Below, piece by piece: positions 56,502 to 64,000 of a stretch of DNA of 64,000 nt. The first letter of the stretch is position 1. The number at the start of each line of letters is the position of its first letter. A program made the translations under genes and the position numbers. Source of the stretch: an uncultured delta proteobacterium (GTDB lineage Bacteria > Desulfobacterota > Binatia > UBA9968); assembly GCA_963760795.1 (NCBI GenBank), contig CAVXEP010000025.1, forward strand, positions 64,001-128,000, written 5' to 3'. The notes beneath the pieces are model-generated. The model was not told where the DNA came from. It did no database searches and saw nothing but the letters and a program-made list of their open reading frames with translations.

Positions 56502-57004
56502 TTTCCTTGGAGCTGCGAAACCATGTGGCCAATTTCCGGCAGGATCAATTTCTCCATCGCCAAGGTCACCGCGCCTTTCGAGCCCGGCAGCGAGATCAAG
56601 ACTTTGCCGCGCGCCGTGCCGGCGGCGGCCCGGCTCATGACCGCCGCCGAACCGATGTCTAAATAACTCAGATAGCGAAAGATCTCGCCGAAGCCGTCGA
56701 GCTTTTTGTCGAGAAAGCGGCTGACGACCTCGTAAGTGCCGTCACGCGGTGCGATGCCGGTGCCGCCATTGATAATTACCGCTTCGACATCGGCGCTGCC
56801 CAGCGCCTCGTCGAGCAACGCTGCGATCTCCACCGGCTCGTCTTTGACAATGCGGTAGCCGGCGGCGTGATGGCCTTCAGCGCTGAGAAATTGCTTGATG
56901 GTTTGGCCGCTGGTGTCGGTGCTTTCATCGCGCGTATCGCTTACCGTGATGACGAAACAGCGCACGCTTTTTTGGGCTTTTTCTTTATGCTCGTGGACCG
57001 CCAT
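56498..57004 (-). CDS. moaB: MoaB/Mog molybdopterin adenylyltransferase
   Basis: VITVSD, D.SG, GGTGI..RD.T, GFGEIFR, SRA.AG, LPGS. Confidence 0.9.
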   Translation of the reverse strand: MAVHEHKEKAQKSVRCFVITVSDTRDESTDTSGQTIKQFLSAEGHHAAGYRIVKDEPVEIAALLDEALGSADVEAVIINGGTGIAPRDGTYEVVSRFLDKKLDGFGEIFRYLSYLDIGSAAVMSRAAAGTARGKVLISLPGSKGAVTLAMEKLILPEIGHMVSQLQGK

Positions 57005-57075
57005 GGGCGCCTCGCAGGGAAATTTCACTGGCGACTATAACAACCGACCCTGATGAATTCAAACCAGCGAATTTT

Positions 57076-58197
57076 CTACTGTTTTGCCGGCTTTACCGGC
57101 GCGGGACAGATTTTTTTGATGTCTTCCCAGGAATAATCCGGCAGCAGTTTCTGTGAACGAGCGACGCTCGCGGCGATCATGCTTTTGAGCCGCGCGATGC
57201 GCATCTCGGTGTGCGGGTGGGTCGAAACATAGGACAGCGCCGTTGCCATTTGACCCTCCTCTTTGCGCACTGCTTCGAAGAAAGAGATCATACCGGCGGG
57301 ATCGATTTGCCCAGCCAAGAGCATTTTCAAGCCGGCCTCATCGGCTTCCAGCTCATGCTCGCGGCTAAAACGCATCTGCGCCACCATCTGCGCCGCCTCG
57401 ACACCGAAGGAAACCATGCCGCTGGCATCGCCCAACACCGCGGCGACCAAAAAACTTGTGGAAGCATATTCGAGAAGTGAGCGTGTCACATGGCGTTTGA
57501 GAATATGTTGCAGCTCATGAGCCAACACACCGGCTAGCTCTTCGGCATTCTCGGTGCGATCCAACAAGCCGCGAAAAATGACGATATGGCCGCCTGGGGC
57601 GGCCAAGGCGTTGAACATCGGTTGGTTGACCACATGTATTTTGATGCGGTACTTAGTCTCGCCCTCGGTCGCGAGCATGGCACCGACCATGTTTTCGATT
57701 CTTGCCAGCCGTACCGGATCGCTGCAGCGTTGCTCCGCCGGCGCGACATACTCCAGCATGCTCTGGCCGAGCTGCTCTTCCCACGACACCGGCACCCAGG
57801 GCGCGGCGATTTTCGCGAGCATCGGGATGCCCCAAAAATAGCTTCCGATAACCAGCGCGATCGACGCGCAAGCGGCAATGATGGTCAATTGGAATCGTTG
57901 AAAACGCTTGGCCGGGTTATGGAAACCACCGGCGCGGCTGGGCATGAGCTGGTGCAACGACGTGAGAAAGCTGTCGTCGTCAATCAACAAGACTTCGGCC
58001 GGTTCGCCGCCGTGCTCCAGCCGGACTTGCTCGCCGGCATAGGCGCCCTGGGTTTGCCGGATCGCCGCGTAGGGCCAAATAAGCATGGCGCCGTCGTCAA
58101 GATCAATGCGCAGATTGCTCGGCTCGAGATGAATCCTGGCGTTGCGCCGGATGGCGCTTTGCCCGTCGAAATAATAGCCAAACCATTGCAGTTGCAT
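57076..58197 (-). CDS. M48 family metallopeptidase
   Basis: NALAAPGG, VLAHELQH, ELEAD..G, STHP. Confidence 0.9.
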   Translation of the reverse strand: MQLQWFGYYFDGQSAIRRNARIHLEPSNLRIDLDDGAMLIWPYAAIRQTQGAYAGEQVRLEHGGEPAEVLLIDDDSFLTSLHQLMPSRAGGFHNPAKRFQRFQLTIIAACASIALVIGSYFWGIPMLAKIAAPWVPVSWEEQLGQSMLEYVAPAEQRCSDPVRLARIENMVGAMLATEGETKYRIKIHVVNQPMFNALAAPGGHIVIFRGLLDRTENAEELAGVLAHELQHILKRHVTRSLLEYASTSFLVAAVLGDASGMVSFGVEAAQMVAQMRFSREHELEADEAGLKMLLAGQIDPAGMISFFEAVRKEEGQMATALSYVSTHPHTEMRIARLKSMIAASVARSQKLLPDYSWEDIKKICPAPVKPAKQ

Positions 58198-58218
58198 CGT
58201 TGCGGCGCGCGAACCTGC

Positions 58219-59202
58219 TCAGCCGAGATCGAAGTCGAGATCGAGAAAACCGGAAAGTCCCTCACCGGTCGCCGTTGCCGTCTGAATTTCTTGCATGACG
58301 CCGGCGAATTCGAGAGTCCCAACCATCGTCATATGGCTGGCATAGTAACGCATGTTGCGCACGGTAATCCATGACCAGCCGAGACCCAAGGTCAGAATGA
58401 AGAGAATCGCATTGCCGAACCATAAAGCGAACACGCCGCCGCCGCTGACCGTCGAACGCAAGCGCGCCGCCTGGAACGACGTATGCTCGGCATAGTAACG
58501 CTGTACCCGCGCCCAGTACCAAAACCAGCAGAGAAAAAACGTCGGCAGGGTCAGGATCATATGCAAAACAAAAGTCAAAAAGAGATCGCGGCCACGGCCG
58601 TCGAAAGCGAATTTCTGATTGCCGAAGAAGGAATTCCCGACCATGAAAGTCTGCCGCAGGGTCTGCCAGAACGGATAGTAAAATCCCAAACTCACCACCG
58701 CCAGCAACCAACCTTTGATATAGATCGCCATGAAGTCGCGCACGCCGCCGCGAAACGAAAAACGCACGCCGCGCCAAGAGAGACGGCTCAACCGGTAGCG
58801 CCGGGCATTGACCATGGCGACGGGAATGAAGATACCGACGACGATGTAAATAAGTATCTGCAAGACATCGAACAGATCGGACTCCATGCCGACGATGACC
58901 TGTAAGACCGCCAAGACGAACAGCGGTATGCCAAAAAGCACCATCGCCTTCGTCCAGCCGATAAACAACTCCTGGCCGGTGCCGTGATAGGCGAAGCGAT
59001 CGCCGCCAAATTCGGTCTGGCTCGCCAGGTAGCGGCGCACTTTGACCCGGCCCCAAAAAGAATAAATGCCGAATGTAATCAAGCTCAAGAACAGATTGAC
59101 GATCTGGATGCCGAATAGCGACCCGCCGCGGCCATGAAAGTGAATCGGGTAGGTCGAATGTACCGCCGTATCCAATGTCTGAGTGTCCAAGTCCATTGCC
59201 AT
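58219..59202 (-). CDS. YjgN/DUF898 membrane protein
   Basis: FHGRGGSLFGI.IVN..L..ITFGIY..W, F.YHGTG.E; typical partner of an M48 peptidase. Confidence 0.88.
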   Translation of the reverse strand: MAMDLDTQTLDTAVHSTYPIHFHGRGGSLFGIQIVNLFLSLITFGIYSFWGRVKVRRYLASQTEFGGDRFAYHGTGQELFIGWTKAMVLFGIPLFVLAVLQVIVGMESDLFDVLQILIYIVVGIFIPVAMVNARRYRLSRLSWRGVRFSFRGGVRDFMAIYIKGWLLAVVSLGFYYPFWQTLRQTFMVGNSFFGNQKFAFDGRGRDLFLTFVLHMILTLPTFFLCWFWYWARVQRYYAEHTSFQAARLRSTVSGGGVFALWFGNAILFILTLGLGWSWITVRNMRYYASHMTMVGTLEFAGVMQEIQTATATGEGLSGFLDLDFDLG

Positions 59203-59287
59203 TACCGAGCTGCCCCTTCCGCCGCGCGCACCCAAGGAAGAGGATACACCATCCTCAAGGGCGCCGCCGATCCATTCTCTGCATGGC

Positions 59288-61939
59288 TTAGCGCATGAGT
59301 CCCAAGTAGCGCCAATAGGGAATCGCCGCAACCAGCGCGATCAGATAGGCCGCGGCATAGAACAAATGGATACGCTTCATGTCCTGATAGCTAAAGCCCT
59401 TGCCGTCGGTGGTCGCGTAGGCCAGCGAATGCCAGTCGACCTGGAACGGGAAAAACCACACTTCCGACGCGACCAGAACGATCATGATCATGATCCAAGG
59501 ATTGATCTGCAGTTCGGCTGCTAAGGGCAATAGTGCGATGGCCAACGTCACGACGGTCAGGAAACTGGTAAATACCAGCCTGACCGCATAGGTGATCAGG
59601 GCAATGACGATAAACGCCAGCGCCGGCGTGGCGCTAAAGGGCACGACCAGCGGTGCGAACAGCCCGACCAGCCATCGATCGATCTTCGCGTCGGTGAGCA
59701 GCGTGGGAATGCTCAGCGTCGCGCCCATGTAGATGAGCATTTCCCAATCGATGCTCTTCTTCAGCATGCCCCAGCCGAGCACGCCGGTGTTGATCAACAG
59801 GCAAAGGGCTAGAAGCGCCACCCAGGCGCCGTCGATTTTGTGCGTCGACCCGGTCAGCCAGCCGGTCACGGTGGCGCACAATACGGCCAGAGTAATCCAT
59901 TCATACTTCGACAGCGGCCCAAGGATCTCCAGCTGGGTCTGCACCATCTTGTACGAAACCTGCGACTGCGACTCCGGTTGATACAACAGCATGGTGGCGC
60001 CGACGATGATCACGGTAACGATCAACGTCGGCGGCAAGGCCGCCAAAAACCAGTAGCCCCAAGTGAATTGCCCACGGACTTCCGGGGCCAGTAACCCCCA
60101 GGCAATCAAACTGGTAGTCGAACCGGTCAAGAATAAAAAACCCAACTGACCTAGACCTAAGAAACTTGCGACGAATAGCCCAGTGGACGCGCGCGACGGA
60201 TTCTTGTAACCCAAACTTTCGGACAGATTGAGCAGCATCTGGCTGATGATCGCGGTGCGCGCACTCTGCTGCGGGATCAACGCCATGACTACGATACCCA
60301 TGATGCCCAGCGCGAAAATTTGCCAGTTATATTTGAGCGGAAAGTAGCGCACCAATTGGAGTGAAAAACGGTAGAACAAACCCGTGCTGGTGATCGCCGC
60401 GCCGAGACCGAGTACGCCCAGGGTCATGAACCAGGTCGAGCTGGCGAAGCCGCCTAGGACAACTTCGGGCTTGGCCAGACCGGTGAGGATAAATCCCAAA
60501 GCAAAAATCAACGCAACGCCGTAGTCCGGCAAGATGCGAAACACCCAGAAGACCAAGGTGAAGAGCAAAATGGCCAACTGCTTGGTGGCGCTCGGCGACA
60601 GTCCAATATCGGGGGTAAAAAACCACAGGTAGCCCCACAGGCCGACACCAAGTACGCCGCCCATCCAAGAACCGATCGCGAACTTATCACGGCTACCGGC
60701 AATCTCAGAAAACCATTTTCCCCGCGGCAGTGGCGACCGCTCACTGCCGGCAAGACCCGCTCCACTACGGACTGGCTCGACCTCGCTAGCGGCACCGCCG
60801 GATATGGCCCCCTCTTGTTGCGCCGCCAGATTCAACGCGTTGCGCAGGTACGTCAGCGCCTGGCCATGGTTATTATTTGCAACCATGCCGTCGGTATCGC
60901 TGTAGTAACGCGCCAGTTTGGCCGCGCCAACCACCGCTTCGCGCCGCGCCAGAGCCTCTTTCAAACCGCGAAGCGCCGCCGCCTCATCACCCAATCGGCG
61001 TAGCGCGTCTACCTGAAGGTGAACCAGCGCCAAGTCTCGATAAAAAGTATCGGCGGGAATATTGCCAATGGAATTCTTGACGAACACCGGCGAGCTTGCC
61101 AACAACTGATCCTTGTGGGCGATCAACAGACGGCCGGCGTTGGCCCAATCTTTCGCCGCCATGCGCTGGTTCAGCGCCGCTGGCCAATCGCCCGACGCTT
61201 CGTAGCGCGCCGCGTAGTCGGCTTGGAGTCGCAGCACATTCTCTGCGCCTTCGCTTTCAAGCAATTTTGCCGTCAAGAACTCGCGAAAGAAACCATGCAG
61301 TTCGAAATGATTGTCGACCCGACGGATCAGCGGGAGCTGGCTCGCTTCCAGCGCCGCGATATAGCCGCTCGCCGCATCGGTTTGAAACAGCGCGCCGACA
61401 GCGGCCGGATCGAGGCTGGTTAACAGCGCCGCGCGGCGGTAGAACTGCTGCGCTTCCGGCGGCTGTTTGCGGTAAAATTCGTCCGCCAGGGAATCGAAAG
61501 CTTGGCGTCCTTGAGAATATTGCCGGTCCTTCTCCGAGAGCCGCTGGCTCAGCACCGCACAGAAGTGCAGCAGCCAGGTGGCATGCTTGGCGATCAAATC
61601 GTCCCAAGACTCGCGGCTGAGTTTCCACAGCAGACAATCCTTGACCGTGATCACGGTAGCCGAACGCGGCGCCGATGAGAGCAACGCCATCTCGCCAAAA
61701 TACTCCTGCGGACCGAGCACGGCGATGGTCTCCGAGCGGCCGCCGCCGCTGTCCACTTGAACATGCACCGCGCCGGACTGAATCAGATAGAGCGCGTCGC
61801 CCTTATCGCCTTGCGCAAAGATTTTCTCCCCGCCGGAAAACTCCACTTCGACCAGATGGCCCATGATCTTGGCGACATCTTCACGCGACAGGCCGGCGAA
61901 CAGTGGGATGCTTCTAATGGTATCGGCTAAATCGGCCAT
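59288..61939 (-). CDS. SLC13/DASS permease with N-terminal cNMP-binding and helical (MalT-like) domains
   Basis: FGEMALL..PRSATV; HFELHGFFREFL; C-terminal DASS-like TM block (GGFASSTW, IPQQSAR, FLTGSTT, IDWEML). Confidence 0.8.
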   Translation of the reverse strand: MADLADTIRSIPLFAGLSREDVAKIMGHLVEVEFSGGEKIFAQGDKGDALYLIQSGAVHVQVDSGGGRSETIAVLGPQEYFGEMALLSSAPRSATVITVKDCLLWKLSRESWDDLIAKHATWLLHFCAVLSQRLSEKDRQYSQGRQAFDSLADEFYRKQPPEAQQFYRRAALLTSLDPAAVGALFQTDAASGYIAALEASQLPLIRRVDNHFELHGFFREFLTAKLLESEGAENVLRLQADYAARYEASGDWPAALNQRMAAKDWANAGRLLIAHKDQLLASSPVFVKNSIGNIPADTFYRDLALVHLQVDALRRLGDEAAALRGLKEALARREAVVGAAKLARYYSDTDGMVANNNHGQALTYLRNALNLAAQQEGAISGGAASEVEPVRSGAGLAGSERSPLPRGKWFSEIAGSRDKFAIGSWMGGVLGVGLWGYLWFFTPDIGLSPSATKQLAILLFTLVFWVFRILPDYGVALIFALGFILTGLAKPEVVLGGFASSTWFMTLGVLGLGAAITSTGLFYRFSLQLVRYFPLKYNWQIFALGIMGIVVMALIPQQSARTAIISQMLLNLSESLGYKNPSRASTGLFVASFLGLGQLGFLFLTGSTTSLIAWGLLAPEVRGQFTWGYWFLAALPPTLIVTVIIVGATMLLYQPESQSQVSYKMVQTQLEILGPLSKYEWITLAVLCATVTGWLTGSTHKIDGAWVALLALCLLINTGVLGWGMLKKSIDWEMLIYMGATLSIPTLLTDAKIDRWLVGLFAPLVVPFSATPALAFIVIALITYAVRLVFTSFLTVVTLAIALLPLAAELQINPWIMIMIVLVASEVWFFPFQVDWHSLAYATTDGKGFSYQDMKRIHLFYAAAYLIALVAAIPYWRYLGLMR

Positions 61940-62140
61940 CGGTAGTTTGCTGTCGAAAGCGCCGCTTCATCGCTGCTTAAGCTCGACGGCATCCAGTAAG
62001 ACAACAGCGACGGCAGTGCGATTCATAATCTTTCCCAATAAAGCGCGCAACCGAATCGCTCACAGGAGCGGTAATTTTCCGATATTCGCGGCAGCCGCCT
62101 GATTGAACTCATCCGTGCCGACCTCTAGGATGGGAGTGAC

Positions 62141-63301
62141 ATGAACAGTGAGCCGTTTTCTCTTTACATTCATATACCGTACTGCATCAGCAAGTGTCCG
62201 TACTGCGACTTTAATTCCCATGTCGTGGCGCAGATCCCGGAAGCCGGTTATACCGATGCGCTGCTGCGCGAACTGGAATATTTCGGCGAAGAAAGCGGCT
62301 GGCGCGGCCGCACCTTACAGAGCATCTTCTTCGGCGGCGGCACGCCGTCGACATTCCAACCGACCAGCATCGGCAAACTCCTGGCCTGGGTCGCCGCGAC
62401 CTTTCCCATCGCCAACGACTGCGAAATCACCATGGAGGCCAATCCTGGAACCGTCGACGCCGCTCATTTCGCCGGCTACCGCGACGCCGGGGTCAATCGC
62501 ATCAGCGTCGGCGTGCAGTCGTTTCAACCGAAACTGTTAAAGTTCTTGGGCCGCGTCCATTCGGCTGACGAAGCCGAGAAAGCTTTGAACATCGTCAAAC
62601 AGTCCGGCTTTGACAATTTCAGTTTCGATCTGATTTACGCCAATCCTGGGCAAGCCCTGGCCGATCTCGAAGCCGATCTCGACACCGCTCTGGAATTTAA
62701 TCCGCCGCACCTGTCGGCTTACAATCTCACTTTCGAAGAAGGCACGCCTTTCCATCATGAATACTGCGCCGGCCGAATGGCTAATCTGGACGAAGACATA
62801 GAGATCGCCATGGCCGAGATGATCGATGCAAAACTCGGCGCCGCCGGCTTGAAACGCTACGAGATCTCCAACTATGCACGTCGGTGGTTTCACTCGCGCC
62901 ATAATGTGAATTATTGGCATAGCGGCGATTATCTCGGCCTCGGCGCCGGCGCCCACAGCTATCGCCGCAATGACGACGGTGTAACCGGACGACGCTGGAA
63001 CAATGAGAAAAGCCCGGCCAAATACATGACTCAGATTGACGACACCCGCCAAGCCGTTGCCGAACGAGAGTCCATCGACGCTCACAAAGCGGCGGCCGAG
63101 TTCATGTTCCTGGGCTTGCGTATGACCGAAGGCATCCGCGCCGACGCTTTCCGTCAACGTTTCGGCCAAACAGCGCGGCAATTTTATCCGCAGATCGATA
63201 CCTGGATCGAAGGTGAACTCTTAATGGAGCAAGGCGAATTTCTCCGCTTCACCGCCAAAGGGCTCATGCTCGCAAACTCGATCTTCGTGCATTTTATGTA
63301 G
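62141..63301 (+). CDS. hemW: Radical SAM heme chaperone HemW
   Basis: LYIHIPYC...CPYCDFN, FFGGGTPS, YEISNYA, HNVNYW. Confidence 0.93.
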   Translation: MNSEPFSLYIHIPYCISKCPYCDFNSHVVAQIPEAGYTDALLRELEYFGEESGWRGRTLQSIFFGGGTPSTFQPTSIGKLLAWVAATFPIANDCEITMEANPGTVDAAHFAGYRDAGVNRISVGVQSFQPKLLKFLGRVHSADEAEKALNIVKQSGFDNFSFDLIYANPGQALADLEADLDTALEFNPPHLSAYNLTFEEGTPFHHEYCAGRMANLDEDIEIAMAEMIDAKLGAAGLKRYEISNYARRWFHSRHNVNYWHSGDYLGLGAGAHSYRRNDDGVTGRRWNNEKSPAKYMTQIDDTRQAVAERESIDAHKAAAEFMFLGLRMTEGIRADAFRQRFGQTARQFYPQIDTWIEGELLMEQGEFLRFTAKGLMLANSIFVHFM

Positions 63302-63359
63302 TCGCCATGTTAGAGAAGAGTTCATTCGCGACCACTTCGAGCAATCTTGGAGGATAGAT

Positions 63360-64000
63360 ATGGCAGCTAATCCGTTAGACAATCTGCGCGTCGACCATAT
63401 CGGCAGCATGGTGCGGCCGGCGCAGCTCAAAGAGATCTTTGCCCGCTTCGACCGCGGTCAAGCATCCAAAGATGCATTGACCCAAGCGCAAGACCAGGCG
63501 ATCCGCGACGTCATCGCGCAGCAGGAAAGTCACGGCTATCCCGTCGTCACCGACGGCGAGTTTCGCCGCCATAGCTTTCAAGAGAGCTTTTCCGAATGCG
63601 TCACCGGCTTCGACGTGCCGAAAAATATCGCTCTCTACTACGAGAAACGCGACTTGAACGAAACTCCGCTGGAGCGCGCGGAGCAAAACTTTGACGAAGC
63701 CGGCCCCGCGATCGTCACTCGGCGAGGCGCCGCGCAAAGATTACAGGTGGTGCGCAACCTGCCGCTTGAAGAATACCGCTATGCCCAGAGCGTCTCCAAC
63801 GTCCCGGCCAAAGTCACGATCCTCGGCCCTGATCGCATCGCCCAGCGCTTCAAATGGGAAGCGTCGTTGAATCTCTACAAAGGCCTCGACGACTTCGTCG
63901 AGCATATCGTTGCCATCGAACGGCAAATGATCGCCGAGCTCGTGAAAGCCGGCTGCAAGTACATCCAGATCGACGCCCCCGGCTACACCGCCTATGTCGA
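63360..64000 (+). CDS. Cobalamin-independent methionine synthase-like protein (partial)
   Basis: GGAGG RBS; MAANPLDNLRVDHIGSMVRP, VTDGEFRR, GCKYIQID.P; runs off window. Confidence 0.85.
   Translation, partial: MAANPLDNLRVDHIGSMVRPAQLKEIFARFDRGQASKDALTQAQDQAIRDVIAQQESHGYPVVTDGEFRRHSFQESFSECVTGFDVPKNIALYYEKRDLNETPLERAEQNFDEAGPAIVTRRGAAQRLQVVRNLPLEEYRYAQSVSNVPAKVTILGPDRIAQRFKWEASLNLYKGLDDFVEHIVAIERQMIAELVKAGCKYIQIDAPGYTAYV

Overview
Bacterial chromosome window with two compartments. The gene content suggests a Deltaproteobacteria-like or Binatia-like host, which is inference only. (1) 1-~28,050 is an accessory island abutting the 3' end of tRNA-Gly(CCC). It carries part of a type VI secretion system: tssF (partial), tssE, hcp, tssC, tssB, tssA, tssK, a frameshifted FHA-TssM fusion, tagJ/impE, tssL-OmpA and a PP2C phosphatase. 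Between the T6SS genes lies an unusual signalling block: three paralogous membrane Hanks-type kinases sharing an N-terminal Cys4 ribbon and a C-terminal TPR-like hairpin + C-x-A-E-R...C cap (one has a tyrosine-kinase-like HRDLNAKN catalytic loop), two lipoproteins, a secreted ~380-residue charged-helix protein and a beta-barrel OMP. An NPPF-type methyltransferase sits between hcp and tssE. (2) ~28,250-64,000 is mostly core/metabolic: ECF sigma/anti-sigma, queD, yqeC-mocA, pyrD, frmA, coxSMG, rlmE, galT, glmS-glmU, moaBDE, a cNMP-DASS transporter, hemW and a MetE-like gene. It also holds a deletion-fused olsB/olsA relic and an unannotated 54-aa zinc finger. Single-base frameshifts occur in both compartments, several in homopolymer runs, so many broken genes are probably sequencing or assembly errors. 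All calls come from motif recognition by eye; no searches were run.
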